DNA of 63,764 bases, the filler included. It is 7 parts of 7 records of this genome, joined end to end, with 100 filler letters (N's around TTAATTAATTAA, not from the genome) between each part and the next. Parts side by side here need not be neighbours in the genome. Positions count along the whole stretch, not along the records: positions 7,563 to 24,960 come from SRR31156797_8448; 6 more parts are not named here. One strand, given 5' to 3'. The position numbers were made by a program, and so were the translations under genes. The first letter of the stretch is position 1; each line of letters opens with the position of its first letter. The notes below the pieces were generated by a model. That model saw only the letters and a program-made list of their open reading frames with translations, did no database searches and was not told where the DNA came from. Positions 9,844 to 21,156 of the stretch are shown piece after piece.

Positions 9844-11201
9844 GACGCTGGCTTACTTTTTTTCTTACGGTTGGATGGTCGACGACGGCGTGTTCCAGAA
9901 GGTTTACCTGGGCTGTCTAAATCGGTCACCATCGCTTGACGCATTTGACGTCCCGCAGTCTGGAAAGTCTGCCACCAATCGGCAAGTTGTTTGGTGTCAC
10001 CGTCCTCAATCTCGCCTCGCATTTCAAGTAAGTCAAAGCCTGCACGGAACTTGTTCAGCTCCATCAGACGGAAAGCACGTTTACCGTTGCGTCTAGGTAG
10101 GCGAAGCTGCAACTGCCACATTTCACGAATGGTCGCAGTATGACGACGTGGAATCGCAATTGATTTAACCACTTCATCAAGGATTTTGTTGCTCGCTTCC
10201 ATTATGGCGTCGTAGTAGCTGAGGTTATGTGATTCCATCATCTCTTCAGCTCGCTGAACCATTGGGTACCAGAAGATCGCAGCAAACATAAATGCTGGGT
10301 TGATTCGTTTACCTTCTTCAATGCGAAGGTCGGTTGAATCCAGAGCAAGATCCAGCATTTGCTCGGCTTGAGAAGAGTAATCTTCAGTAAAGTAGCGAGC
10401 AATGGTTGGGAAAATCTGCTGGAATACGTTGTATTCACGCATTAAGTGATAGGTTTCCAGCCCGTGCCCAGATTGCAGCATTTTTAGCATTTCTTCATAA
10501 AGGCGTGCTGCGGGAATATCACGCAGTAACGGTGCTAACTCTTCAATCGGTGCTGCTGTATCTTCTTCGATATCGAAATCCAGCTTAACGGCAAAGCGAA
10601 TGGCTCGCAGCATACGTACTGGATCTTCACGATAACGAATCACAGGATCGCCAATCAGGCGAATGAGTCTATCTTCGAGATCTTCCATGCCACCGGCATA
10701 GTCGTGAATACTATAATCAGCAATGTTGTAGTACATTGCATTGATGGTAAAGTCGCGACGCTCGGCATCTTCATCGATAGTGCCATAAACATTGTCGCGC
10801 AGCAGCATTCCCGCTTCTGATTGCGCTGAGATCTGTTTGTTTTGCTCTTGATGATGCCCGCGGAAAGTTGCCACTTCTATAATGTCACGCCCAAACATAA
10901 TGTGAGCTAACCGGAAGCGACGACCAATTAGGCGACAGTTGCGAAATAATTGGCGAATCTGTTCCGGTGTCGCGTTGGTCGCAACATCAAAATCTTTGGG
11001 TTTTTCATTCAGTAATAAATCACGCACACCACCACCGACTAGGTAGGCGTCAAAACCTGCACCCTGGAGTCGATACAACACTTTTAACGCGTTATCGCTA
11101 ATCTGCTTACGCGAAATGTTGTGCTCCTGGCGTGTGACGATATTCAAAGCTAAGTTTGGATATATATGGTGTTCGCTTTCTTTTAAGTCGTTGTTATTCA
11201 T
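9840..11201 (-). CDS. pcnB: Poly(A) polymerase I
   Basis: LVGGGVRD, KDFD, IGRRFRLAH, RRDFTIN, basic C-terminus; upstream of folK. Confidence 0.96.
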   Translation of the reverse strand: MNNNDLKESEHHIYPNLALNIVTRQEHNISRKQISDNALKVLYRLQGAGFDAYLVGGGVRDLLLNEKPKDFDVATNATPEQIRQLFRNCRLIGRRFRLAHIMFGRDIIEVATFRGHHQEQNKQISAQSEAGMLLRDNVYGTIDEDAERRDFTINAMYYNIADYSIHDYAGGMEDLEDRLIRLIGDPVIRYREDPVRMLRAIRFAVKLDFDIEEDTAAPIEELAPLLRDIPAARLYEEMLKMLQSGHGLETYHLMREYNVFQQIFPTIARYFTEDYSSQAEQMLDLALDSTDLRIEEGKRINPAFMFAAIFWYPMVQRAEEMMESHNLSYYDAIMEASNKILDEVVKSIAIPRRHTATIREMWQLQLRLPRRNGKRAFRLMELNKFRAGFDLLEMRGEIEDGDTKQLADWWQTFQTAGRQMRQAMVTDLDSPGKPSGTRRRRPSNRKKKSKPAS

Positions 11202-11311
11202 GTATATTTTACAATGATTGGTGTTGCCTGTTATGTGCAGAATTGTCTTTTAGACTGCACAAACTGGCGGGATTTGCGGCTAATGATAGCTTACACGGCG
11301 CCATTTGAGAA

Positions 11312-12184
11312 TCATGCTGTGATCTCGATCTGCTGTGGTAGCTGTTCAATACGCCAATTATTTGTGCCCCAAAGAATGATTTCATCAATACTTGCTGCGT
11401 TCATCTCCGGAGAAATATCAAACCCTAAAAACTGCATTGCTGTGAGCAGTGCTGGTTTAGGGTTTTTGATATCAATGGCTGTCGCATGATTCTGCTTAGA
11501 TAATTTATTGCCATTGGTATCCATTGCCAGTGGGAGGTGCAAGTAACGAACGGGTTGCTGGCCTAAAGCTTGATATAAACTTATCTGGCGTCCGGTTGGT
11601 TCGATTAAATCTGCGCCTCTCACTACTTCTGTTATGCCTTGCTCGATATCATCTAACACCACGGCAAGGTTATAAGCATACAGCCCATCTCTGCGTTTAA
11701 TAATGAAGTCTTCTTTACTCAACGCTTCAGGTATTGTTATTTCTCCGTGTTTCAGGTCGATGAACGACTCAACTGGACTGTCGACTTTAAAACGAACGGA
11801 GCATTCACTCGCATTGGTTAGTGCTTTATCTCTGCATGTGCCCTGGTAGTAGTTACCCGCTGCTTTGATTTGCTTACGAGTACATTGACATAAGTATGCC
11901 TGACCCGAATGCAGCCACTGATTAATTTGTTGCTGATATATATGATGGCGCTGACTCTGATAAACAACCTCTCCGTCCCAATTTAGTCCATAGGCTTCTA
12001 ATGCCGATAAGATCAGTGAGTCTGCTCCAGGCATCTCTCTTGGTGGATCGAGATCTTCAATACGAACCAGCCATTGGCCAGAGAATGATTTTGCTTGAAA
12101 GTAGCTACCGAGTGCAGCAACCAATGAGCCAAAGTGTAATGGACCAGAAGGAGAGGGGGCAAAGCGACCAATGTATTTCATCAT
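11312..12184 (-). CDS. gluQ: Glutamyl-Q tRNA(Asp) synthetase
   Basis: RFAPSPSGPLHFGS and KLSKQ motifs, no anticodon domain; downstream of dksA. Confidence 0.95.
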   Translation of the reverse strand: MMKYIGRFAPSPSGPLHFGSLVAALGSYFQAKSFSGQWLVRIEDLDPPREMPGADSLILSALEAYGLNWDGEVVYQSQRHHIYQQQINQWLHSGQAYLCQCTRKQIKAAGNYYQGTCRDKALTNASECSVRFKVDSPVESFIDLKHGEITIPEALSKEDFIIKRRDGLYAYNLAVVLDDIEQGITEVVRGADLIEPTGRQISLYQALGQQPVRYLHLPLAMDTNGNKLSKQNHATAIDIKNPKPALLTAMQFLGFDISPEMNAASIDEIILWGTNNWRIEQLPQQIEITA

Positions 12185-12214
12185 AGCTTTAAGGTTAGAG
12201 ATGTAATGAGAGAC

Positions 12215-12244
12215 AAAAACAAAAAGGGAGCATGAGCTCCCTTT
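12215..12244 (-). terminator. Intrinsic terminator between dksA and gluQ
   Basis: AAAGGGAGC-atga-GCTCCCTTT stem with a minus-strand U-rich tail. Confidence 0.75.
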
Positions 12245-12260
12245 ATAACATCTGTTGGGG

Positions 12261-12707
12261 TTATCCCATCATCTGTTTTTCTTTGATTTCTGCAAGTGTT
12301 TTACAGTCAATACAAAGATCAGCAGTAGGACGAGCTTCTAAGCGACGAATGCCAATCTCAACACCACAAGATTCACAGAAGCCGAAGTCGTCTTCTTTAA
12401 TCTTGTCTAGTGTTTTTTCAATCTTCTTAATCAAACGACGTTCACGGTCGCGATTACGAAGCTCAAGGCTAAACTCTTCTTCTTGAGAAGCGCGGTCAAC
12501 TGGGTCTGGAAAGTTTGCCGCTTCGTCCTGCATGTGGTGTACAGTGCGATCAACTTCTTCCCTGAGCTGGTTGCGCCAAGCTTGTAATATTTTCGTAAAA
12601 TGAGCCATTTGCTCAGGTGACATGTACTCTTCACCTGCTTTTTCTTGGTATGGCTCAACACCTGCAATGGCTAGAATGCCTAGCGCTTTCTTTTTGGACT
12701 CTGGCAT
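12261..12707 (-). CDS. dksA: RNA polymerase-binding transcription factor DksA
   Basis: [13 protein letters not shown] coiled-coil tip; C4 zinc finger CESC..CIDC. Confidence 0.98.
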   Translation of the reverse strand: MPESKKKALGILAIAGVEPYQEKAGEEYMSPEQMAHFTKILQAWRNQLREEVDRTVHHMQDEAANFPDPVDRASQEEEFSLELRNRDRERRLIKKIEKTLDKIKEDDFGFCESCGVEIGIRRLEARPTADLCIDCKTLAEIKEKQMMG

Positions 12708-12848
12708 ACAGCATCTCCTACTAACACCTAGTCAACTGCTATAACAGTTAATTTAAGGCGGGTATCTATAGCAAAAAGAAGTTTAGGAGGCAAACACTGT
12801 TTTACAATGTTATCGACAATATGGTGGTTCTATCAATTTTTTTGCTAT

Positions 12849-13589
12849 TTAAGCCGAAAAATCAATTGCCGAGACTAATCGTATTTCATTGTCCGAAAGT
12901 ACTGCTTTATAGCACAGTACTTCCACGCCTGCTTCTAGTGCTATTTTTAACAATTGTGAATAGTTCGCGTCTATATGGTGAGCCGGAGAGACTTTTTCAA
13001 TCCCTGAATGTAAAACAGTGAACAAAAGTATGGCTCTGCTCCCATTTTGGGCCATTTCTGACAATTCACGTAGGTGCTTCTGCCCACGAGTGGTGACTGC
13101 ATCAGGGAAGAACCCTTGACCTGGGTGTTTGGCTTCTTCTTTTGTATCTAAACAGTTCTCATCCAATAAGGTGACGCTTTTCACTTCTATATAACAGTTT
13201 GGTTTAGTTTCGCTGCAGAGCAAGATATCTATGCGACTATTTTCATTACCATACTTCACTTCTGTGCGTAACTGCTCATAACCTTGCAACTCCGTGATAG
13301 TTCCATCCTGAATCGCTTCGACCGCAAGCTGATTAGCACGAGCTGTGTTAACGCAGATACGATGTCCTTGTGACGTTTCACTCAGCTCCCAACTGCATGG
13401 GTATTTACGTTTTGGATTATCAGATGTGGAGTACCAGATTTTATTGCCTGGTTCAGCGCAGCCTGTCATTGCCCCTGTATTGGCACAATGAATGGTGGTT
13501 TGCTTGCCGTTTTCAAGTTCGATATCGGCCAGAAAGCGTTTGTATCTTTTAATCAGAGTGGCACTTTGTAGTGAAGGTGAAAATTGCAT
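12849..13589 (-). CDS. sfsA: Sugar fermentation stimulation protein A (DNA/RNA nuclease)
   Basis: [34 protein letters not shown]. Confidence 0.96.
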   Translation of the reverse strand: MQFSPSLQSATLIKRYKRFLADIELENGKQTTIHCANTGAMTGCAEPGNKIWYSTSDNPKRKYPCSWELSETSQGHRICVNTARANQLAVEAIQDGTITELQGYEQLRTEVKYGNENSRIDILLCSETKPNCYIEVKSVTLLDENCLDTKEEAKHPGQGFFPDAVTTRGQKHLRELSEMAQNGSRAILLFTVLHSGIEKVSPAHHIDANYSQLLKIALEAGVEVLCYKAVLSDNEIRLVSAIDFSA

Positions 13590-13748
13590 GACGACTCACT
13601 TTAATTCAATGACCGGATTGCCTTGGTATGCTGGATTGAGAGATTTTACTTTCTCATAAAATAAGCATCTGAGGTTGCTTGGGTATAATACTGTTTTTAT
13701 GTACAATAATTCGCGTTTGTTGGCTCATTAAAACATAAGGATGACACC

Positions 13749-16217
13749 TTGTCACAACTGCCGATCTTCACGGTTATCCCAGAACTGCTTTCGGGCATAC
13801 AACAATCCCCTCAACTGATTGTTAAAGCTGCACCGGGGGCGGGTAAGTCGACCTATTTCCCCTTAGCTCTGCTCAAATCTGGACTGATTGACGGCAAAAT
13901 TATCATGCTTGAACCGCGTCGATTAGCGGCAAGAAATATTGCACGTTATTTAGCCCAGCAGTTAGGCGAGACAGTTGGTGACACAGTGGGGTATCGCGTG
14001 CGAGGCGAAAGCAAAACCAGCCGAGAAACGCGTTTAGAGGTGGTGACAGAAGGGATCATGACCCGCATGATTCAAAACGATCCAGAGTTAGAGGGGATTG
14101 GCGCACTGATCTTTGATGAATTTCACGAGCGCAGTATTCACGCAGATACCGCGTTGGCATTCAGTTTAGAAGTGCAATCAGCATTACGAGAAGATCTTAA
14201 GATTATCGTGATGTCGGCGACACTGGATCATGCTGCTTTGCAACAACTGTTGCCACTGGCGAAGTATGTGGAATCAGCAGGGCGAGGTTTCCCTATTGAT
14301 GTGCGTTATCAGCCGTTAAAAGCAAATGAACGTTTTGTCCCTGCAATGGCAAAACAGATCCACAGTTTGATCAACAGTGAGAGTGGTTCATTACTGGCCT
14401 TTTTGCCAGGGGCAGGCAGCATCGTCCAGCTAAAAGAGCAACTTACCGCTTTGCCTGATGATGTGGATGTTTGTCCCATCTATGGCCAGATGAGCTTTGC
14501 TGACCAGCAAAAAGCGATAGCTCCAGCGCCGAGTAGGCGACGTAAAGTGGTACTCGCGACCAATATTGCCGAAACGTCACTGACGATTGAAGGCATTCGT
14601 ATGGTGGTCGACTCAGGCTTGGAACGCGTGGCTCGATTTGATCTAAAGACTGGCATTACCAAGCTAGAGCAGACACGTATTGCTCAATCCTCAGCAGAAC
14701 AACGAGCCGGACGAGCAGGGCGATTAGAACCGGGTATTTGTGTTCGTTTGTATAGTGAAGCGCAGTTCAATCAGCAACCTAAAGTACCCACACCTGAAAT
14801 TTTGCAAAGTGATTTAGCGCCATTAGTGCTGGAACTTGCCTTGTGGGGCGTCATAAATGTTGATGAATTACTGATGCTTGATCTGCCCTCAAGCGCCGCC
14901 TTAAATCAAGCCAGAGCCCTTCTGCAGCAATTGGGGTTAATTGATGCCCAAGGCCAGCTTACGTCAGCAGGGCACGATGCTCATCATCTTGGTGTTGAGC
15001 CAAGAGTGGCTGCAATGCTAATAAAAGCACAGAACAAAAATGCTCAGTTATTCCATAGCGCGATTGCCTTGGCTGCCTTACTGGAAGAGCCTGAGAAACA
15101 AATTCTGGATATTCAACACAGCCTTCATCGTTGGCAACAAGGTCAACACCCTAAATCTAAGCTGATGAGCCAAAGAGCGAATGCACTGGCGCACAAGTTG
15201 GATGATTCATTTTCACTTCAACACGTCCGTCGTGATCTGATTGCTATCGCAGCTTGTCTTGCGTTCCCGGATCGAATCGCACAAAAACGAGGCCAAACTC
15301 ATGGTCAATTCTTGCTGGCGAATGGGCATGGTGCTTTTGTTGATGAAGAGCAGGTACTGGCTGGAAGTCATTATTTGATTGCGGTTGATTTAATGCGTTC
15401 ACATGGCCAGTCTAGCCGAGTCTTTTCCGCTCTTGAACTGGATATTCCATTACTTGAACAACAATTTCCCTCGCTGTTCGTTAAGACAGAGAGAGTCGAT
15501 TGGGATGAAAAAGCAGGACGGCTGGTGGCTGAAGAGCGTTATTGCATAGGCGATATTATTGTTCGTCGTCGAGCCTTGCCTGAGCCTGATAAACAAAAAA
15601 TGACACAAGCTTTGCTCAATTATGTCGAGCGTAAAGGATTATCAGTTTTAAACTGGGATGAAAATACCAAACAGTGGTTAGAACGAGTTCGTTGTGCGGT
15701 TGAGTGGATAACCGATGAATCGTGGCCAGCGATGGATGATGAGAGCCTGTTGACGGAAGTTCGCCAGTGGCTTGATCCTTATTTGGTTGGAGTGACTTCG
15801 GTTAAGGGATTAAGCAAGGTATCAATCAAAGAGGCGTTGAATGCGCGTTTAGGTTGGCCTTTGAATCAACAACTGGATGAATGGCTGCCAGTCGCGCATC
15901 AGTTACCGACAGGAACGTTCAAAAAAATTCGCTATCAGTGTGGCCAAGAGCCTGTGTTATCCGTTCGTATGCAGGAGGTGTTCGGCGAAAAATCAACACC
16001 TGTGATAGCAAAGGGAAACCAAGCCATTGTGATGGAGTTGCTTTCTCCTGCGCAAAGACCATTGCAAGTGACGCGAGATCTCGCTGGGTTCTGGTCCGGC
16101 GCATATAAAGAAGTACAAAAAGAGATGAAAGGACGCTACCCAAAGCATGTATGGCCTGATGATCCGGCAAATCACGTAGCGACAATCAAAACCAAACGAC
16201 AGTTGAACCATGACTAA
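13749..16217 (+). CDS. hrpB: ATP-dependent helicase HrpB
   Basis: APGAGKST, DEFH, MSAT, QRAGRAGR, C-terminal GRYPKHVWP; TTG start. Confidence 0.96.
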   Translation: MSQLPIFTVIPELLSGIQQSPQLIVKAAPGAGKSTYFPLALLKSGLIDGKIIMLEPRRLAARNIARYLAQQLGETVGDTVGYRVRGESKTSRETRLEVVTEGIMTRMIQNDPELEGIGALIFDEFHERSIHADTALAFSLEVQSALREDLKIIVMSATLDHAALQQLLPLAKYVESAGRGFPIDVRYQPLKANERFVPAMAKQIHSLINSESGSLLAFLPGAGSIVQLKEQLTALPDDVDVCPIYGQMSFADQQKAIAPAPSRRRKVVLATNIAETSLTIEGIRMVVDSGLERVARFDLKTGITKLEQTRIAQSSAEQRAGRAGRLEPGICVRLYSEAQFNQQPKVPTPEILQSDLAPLVLELALWGVINVDELLMLDLPSSAALNQARALLQQLGLIDAQGQLTSAGHDAHHLGVEPRVAAMLIKAQNKNAQLFHSAIALAALLEEPEKQILDIQHSLHRWQQGQHPKSKLMSQRANALAHKLDDSFSLQHVRRDLIAIAACLAFPDRIAQKRGQTHGQFLLANGHGAFVDEEQVLAGSHYLIAVDLMRSHGQSSRVFSALELDIPLLEQQFPSLFVKTERVDWDEKAGRLVAEERYCIGDIIVRRRALPEPDKQKMTQALLNYVERKGLSVLNWDENTKQWLERVRCAVEWITDESWPAMDDESLLTEVRQWLDPYLVGVTSVKGLSKVSIKEALNARLGWPLNQQLDEWLPVAHQLPTGTFKKIRYQCGQEPVLSVRMQEVFGEKSTPVIAKGNQAIVMELLSPAQRPLQVTRDLAGFWSGAYKEVQKEMKGRYPKHVWPDDPANHVATIKTKRQLNHD

Positions 16218-18564
16218 GAAACCAACACCGAAAAAAACGACAACTAAACGAAAAACCACAGCTTCGAAGTCTTCTCGTTCTGCGGCGAAAAAGCCGAGCA
16301 ACTCTAAGTCATGGTTGAAACGCCTATGGGGAATTGGTTGGAAACTGGCTATTGCCGTTATCGCGGTACTGGTTTTCGCTGGGATCTATCTGGATAGTGT
16401 TATCAAGCAACGGTTTGAAGGGCAGCTTTTTGAGCTACCAACGGTCGTTTATGCCCGAATCCTTAATATCGCCCCTGGTGACAACTTAAGCCTGAAAGAG
16501 CTGCGCAATGAACTGGATGTTCTGAACTACCGCAAAGTGGCTCATCCCCGTTATGCGGGCGAGTACTCCGCTTCTTCGACACGTATTGAGTTGATCCGTC
16601 GCCCATTTGAATTCGCTGATGGCCCTGAGCCTGACCGCCATATCATGATCTCGTTTGATGATAGTGGTATTCAACGCATTCAATCTCTTGAGCAAAAAGG
16701 CGATCTTGGCTATCTGCGCATTGAACCCAAAATGTTGGGGATGCTGGAAAAAGATGTTCAGGAGCAGCGTTTGTTTCTTCGTCGGGAACAGTTCCCTGAA
16801 GTGATGATCGATGCTTTGTTAATTACAGAAGATCGTAGTTTTTACCAGCATGAGGGTGTTTCACCGTTGGCGATCGCTCGAGCCATGGTGGTTAACCTTA
16901 AAGCTGGGCGAACCGTACAAGGGGGCAGTACCTTAACGCAACAGTTGGCGAAGAATATTTTCTTATCCAGTGACCGCACTTTGTGGAGAAAGCTGCGTGA
17001 AGCGTACATGGCTTTGATTATTGATTACCGTTACAGCAAAGATCGAATTCTCGAAGCCTACCTCAATGAAGTTTATCTGGGGCAAAATGGTAGCGAAGGG
17101 GTTCATGGATTTGGTCTGGCTTCGCGTTTGTATTTTGGCCAGCCATTACAAGAACTTCGGATTGATCAACTGGCGTTGCTGGTGGGTATGGTTAAGGGGC
17201 CTTCTTATTACAACCCAATGCGTTATCCAGAACGCGCCAAAGAGCGTCGTGATTTAGTACTGCGTTTGATGATGGATCAAAACATCTTAACCGCAAAGCA
17301 GTACGAACAAGCAGTCACTCGACCTCTCGATGTGCAAAAGAAAGCTCGTATAGCAAGCCGTCAGCCTGCTTATTTTCAGCAGCTTTCTATTGAGTTGAAA
17401 CAAAAGCTAGGCCAAGGCTTTAAATCGGATTCTGGTTTAAGAGTCTTTACGTCACTGGACCCTGTTTCGCAGGAGAAGCTGGAACAAGCGATCTCGAAAA
17501 AAATTCCAGAACTGGCAAAAACGGCGGGTAATGATCTGGAAGCGGCAGCTATTGCCGTTGATCGCCATAGCGGTGAAATCCGAGCTATGGTTGGTGGTAA
17601 GCGTGCGGGTTATGATGGCTTTAACCGAGCTTTAAATGCGAGTCGACCGATTGGTTCTTTAGCCAAGCCGGCGATTTATCTCACTGCTTTAGCGCAACCT
17701 GAGAAGTACAACCTAGCCACCACTTTGATGGATAAACCGATCAGCTTGAAAGGGAGCTCGGGTAAAGTATGGACACCAAGAAACTATGACCGACAATTCC
17801 GTGGAGAGGTGCCGTTATATTCGGCATTAGCAAAATCGTTGAATGTGCCTACAGTGCAACTGGGGATGGCGTTGGGAATCGATAACGTGACGAAAACATT
17901 GCAGCAGCTAGGCGTAGATAAGAATGAAATTCGCCCGGTGCCTTCTATGTTTTTAGGGGCGTTCTCTCTCACCCCTTACCAAGTGGCTCAAATGTATCAA
18001 ACATTAACCAACTCAGGTAAGAAAGCACCAATGTCAGCATTGCGATCCGTCTTGGATTTAGATGGAAATGTCCTTTATCAATCGATTCCCAAAGTTTCTC
18101 AAGCGGTTGACCAACAAGCCGCCTGGTTAACAACATATGCAATGAAACGTGGTGTATTAGAGGGGACGGGACGTTATCTAAACAGTCAGTTCGGTTGGGC
18201 AGCATTAGCTGGAAAAACGGGAACCAGTAACGATAGCCGAGACAGTTGGTTCGTTGGAATTGATGGTCGAGAAGTGACCACCATTTGGTTAGGACGAGAC
18301 GATAACAAGCCGACGAAGTTGACTGGCTCTAGCGGTGCCTTACGTGTCTATGCTGAATATTTGAAACACCGAATTCCAGAAAAACTGTTGTTACCATGGC
18401 CAAAAGGCATTACTACGGTGGGTTTCGCAACCAATCGAAATGGTGAGCTTGAACTGAACTGCGACAGTGATTTTAAACTGCCGGTTTGGGATAACAATGG
18501 CTCATGGAAGAAAGAGTGTGAAAATCGACCGAAAAATTGGATTAAAAAACTCTTTGAGTGGTAA
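16210..18564 (+). CDS. mrcB: Penicillin-binding protein 1B
   Basis: TM anchor, UB2H domain, transglycosylase EDRSF/QGGSTLTQQ, transpeptidase SLAK, SLN, KTG. Confidence 0.96.
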   Translation: MTKKPTPKKTTTKRKTTASKSSRSAAKKPSNSKSWLKRLWGIGWKLAIAVIAVLVFAGIYLDSVIKQRFEGQLFELPTVVYARILNIAPGDNLSLKELRNELDVLNYRKVAHPRYAGEYSASSTRIELIRRPFEFADGPEPDRHIMISFDDSGIQRIQSLEQKGDLGYLRIEPKMLGMLEKDVQEQRLFLRREQFPEVMIDALLITEDRSFYQHEGVSPLAIARAMVVNLKAGRTVQGGSTLTQQLAKNIFLSSDRTLWRKLREAYMALIIDYRYSKDRILEAYLNEVYLGQNGSEGVHGFGLASRLYFGQPLQELRIDQLALLVGMVKGPSYYNPMRYPERAKERRDLVLRLMMDQNILTAKQYEQAVTRPLDVQKKARIASRQPAYFQQLSIELKQKLGQGFKSDSGLRVFTSLDPVSQEKLEQAISKKIPELAKTAGNDLEAAAIAVDRHSGEIRAMVGGKRAGYDGFNRALNASRPIGSLAKPAIYLTALAQPEKYNLATTLMDKPISLKGSSGKVWTPRNYDRQFRGEVPLYSALAKSLNVPTVQLGMALGIDNVTKTLQQLGVDKNEIRPVPSMFLGAFSLTPYQVAQMYQTLTNSGKKAPMSALRSVLDLDGNVLYQSIPKVSQAVDQQAAWLTTYAMKRGVLEGTGRYLNSQFGWAALAGKTGTSNDSRDSWFVGIDGREVTTIWLGRDDNKPTKLTGSSGALRVYAEYLKHRIPEKLLLPWPKGITTVGFATNRNGELELNCDSDFKLPVWDNNGSWKKECENRPKNWIKKLFEW

Positions 18565-18612
18565 CAAGCCACGTTTATAGTGGTTTGATATTAAAGGAAT
18601 TGAGGGAATGCT

Positions 18613-20913
18613 GTGACGCGTAAACTGTTACGATTAGTCTGTTTGATGATGGTATCGATACCTTTGGTCGCTATCGCTCAAGAGTCGGCTTCCCCTTCTG
18701 AATCGCCAGTCGATAGACCAAAAATCGCCTTGGTGCTTGCTGGCGGCGGTGCGAAAGGTGCGGCTCATATTGGCGTTCTTAAAGCTTTAGAAGAATTACG
18801 TATTCCCGTCGATTTTATCACAGGTACCAGTATGGGCTCTTATATTGGTGGCTTATATGCCACAGGTATGAGTGCCTCTGAAATCGAAAGTCTAATCTAC
18901 AGCGTTGACTGGAACAGCGGCTATCGCGACCGAGTAAGCCGCAGCCAAAGACGAGTCCGTGATAAAGAATACGAAGATAGGTATCAATTAACTACCGATC
19001 TTGGTTTGCGCTGGGGAGAGATCCACGCTCCTAAAGGTGTGGTGCAAGGTCAAAATATGCTGCGTATTTTACGCATCACTTCTGGTAACTTATCCAGTTT
19101 TGAAAGCTTTGATGAGTTAGCTATTCCTTACCGTTCTGTTGCTACTGACATCATTGAACTACAACCTGTGGTATTGGATAAAGGTCATTTAGTGGACGCT
19201 ATGATGGCCAGTATGTCTGTACCCGGCGCACTTCCTCCGTATGAGGTGGACGGTCACTGGTTAGTGGATGGTGGTGTGACCAACAATATGCCAGTCGATG
19301 TTGCAAGAAGTATGGGCGCTGATGTGGTTATTGCGGTGGATATCAGCACTGACTACAAAAGCCAGGAAGACTTCACTAACTTTTTTACCATGGCGGATCA
19401 GTTATCCAATTACTTGGTCAGACGAAGTACTCAGGAGCAAACTGAGTCATTGTCTGATGATGATGTTCTGTTAAGGCCTAACGTCGGTCAGATGGAAACA
19501 ACAGACTTTCAGCGAATGCCCGATGCATTTGCTGAAGGTTATCAAGTCACGATGAACAACTTACAAGCGCTGGCAAAGTTGTCGGTGAACTCTGCTGAAT
19601 ACCAAAAATATATCGATGCTAAAGAAGATCGTCGACGTAATTTAAAGCACGTCGATGATGTGGTGTTAGACACAGTCGTGGTGAACAATAACTCGCACTA
19701 TAGTGACCGTCTGATTCGTAACCGCTTGGGTCTTGAACAAGGGGAGGCGTTAACCACCGAAGAGATCGAAGCCAGCATTACTGATGTCTATGCCCTCGAT
19801 CGTTTTGAATTAATTAACTACCGTTTTGAAGAAAGCCAAGAAGGCAATCAACTTGTTGTCGACGTTAATGAAAAGTCATGGGGCCCTAACTACATGAATT
19901 TTCGGTTTTTCCTAGAAGATGACTTCAGTACGGATAGCCAATACTCTTTAGGGGTATCAACTAACTTCACGGATATTAATTCTCAAGGTGCAGAGCTTGC
20001 AGTCAACATGGAGATGGGGACAGATAAACGACTCGAAGCTGAGTTCTATTCGCCACTTTTTGCCACGCAGAAAGCCTTTATCACCGTTTCGAGTGATTAC
20101 AATAACGTGCATCGAATTGTGCCTATTACCGGCTTTGATAACTCGAGTCTTGAAGCCACAAGAAATTATGTGCCTGTCTCTTATATTGATTGGGAGGGTG
20201 AAGTGGCTGTTGGGTATCAGGGAGCTTTATGGCGTCAATTTAAACTAGGCGTTCGTTATACTCAGGGAGATTTAGAGCTATCAAACATACCTGATGCTGG
20301 CGATGTCGCTTATATTCGTCAGGGCGTATTTGCCAACTATCGGGTTGATACCTTAGATAACTTCAGTTTGCCTCGTGAAGGGATCTATTTTGATTTTGAA
20401 TACTTAATCTCCCATGACGATTTTGAACAAAATACAGGAATGTTGAATGATGAAGGCGATGATACGGTATATGAAATTTCCACCAAACTCATCGCAGCAC
20501 ACAGCTTCAAACGCCATACTTTAGTCGGAAATATTGACTACGGTGTCGTGAAAAGTAAGAACTCTTCTACACCGATTGATCCTAAATCGATCGGCGGTTT
20601 TTTAAACTTATCCGGTATCCCTCGTAATAGTTTGATTGGTCAGAATAAAGCGTATACTAGCTTGGTTTACCGTTATCGATGGTTCGATAATGACTTCGGA
20701 TTGTTTACCTCACCTGTCTACCTCGGAGCCTCGCTAGAGTATGGTGGTGTTTGGTCTGACCCTGATTTAAATTTAACCTCGGCACCGTTATACAGTGCTG
20801 GGTCTATCTTTACCGGCGTCGATTCTCCTATCGGGCCGATAATGTTCGGTTATGGACGTACAGAACAAAATTTCGATTCCATTTATCTGATTATTGGTAC
20901 CACTTTTAAGTAA
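18613..20913 (+). CDS. Patatin-like phospholipase with POTRA and beta-barrel domains (PlpD/type Vd-like)
   Basis: Signal peptide, GGGAKG, GTSMG, DGG; C-terminal beta-strands ending ..IIGTTFK. Confidence 0.85.
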   Translation: MTRKLLRLVCLMMVSIPLVAIAQESASPSESPVDRPKIALVLAGGGAKGAAHIGVLKALEELRIPVDFITGTSMGSYIGGLYATGMSASEIESLIYSVDWNSGYRDRVSRSQRRVRDKEYEDRYQLTTDLGLRWGEIHAPKGVVQGQNMLRILRITSGNLSSFESFDELAIPYRSVATDIIELQPVVLDKGHLVDAMMASMSVPGALPPYEVDGHWLVDGGVTNNMPVDVARSMGADVVIAVDISTDYKSQEDFTNFFTMADQLSNYLVRRSTQEQTESLSDDDVLLRPNVGQMETTDFQRMPDAFAEGYQVTMNNLQALAKLSVNSAEYQKYIDAKEDRRRNLKHVDDVVLDTVVVNNNSHYSDRLIRNRLGLEQGEALTTEEIEASITDVYALDRFELINYRFEESQEGNQLVVDVNEKSWGPNYMNFRFFLEDDFSTDSQYSLGVSTNFTDINSQGAELAVNMEMGTDKRLEAEFYSPLFATQKAFITVSSDYNNVHRIVPITGFDNSSLEATRNYVPVSYIDWEGEVAVGYQGALWRQFKLGVRYTQGDLELSNIPDAGDVAYIRQGVFANYRVDTLDNFSLPREGIYFDFEYLISHDDFEQNTGMLNDEGDDTVYEISTKLIAAHSFKRHTLVGNIDYGVVKSKNSSTPIDPKSIGGFLNLSGIPRNSLIGQNKAYTSLVYRYRWFDNDFGLFTSPVYLGASLEYGGVWSDPDLNLTSAPLYSAGSIFTGVDSPIGPIMFGYGRTEQNFDSIYLIIGTTFK

Positions 20914-21156
20914 CTTTGAATTAACAAGTGTGGCAACAAAACGTCAAACTTTAGTCTCAAGTTGCTATGTTGGTCAAAATGATGAGATTTTAATTTATCG
21001 TTAAATTTGCTATTCTGACGCCCACAGTTTGGCCTCTAGGGCGCTGTTTCTCAGTCAAATTTGAATGAAAACAAGGGCAACGGAGAGCCAAGTTTCCAAG
21101 GATGTTCACTTACATTTCAATAATTATTAGGTGAACCGCAATGAGAGGAAAAAGTC

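Noticed and set aside
11202..11260. Non-canonical ATT start for pcnB as in E. coli
   Set aside because: An in-frame ATT lies 14 codons upstream, but it lacks an RBS and the extension does not resemble the E. coli N-terminus.
13689..13708. LexA-box-like TACTGTTTTTATGTACAATA upstream of hrpB
   Set aside because: The right half reads ACAA rather than the required ACAG, in AT-rich promoter DNA.
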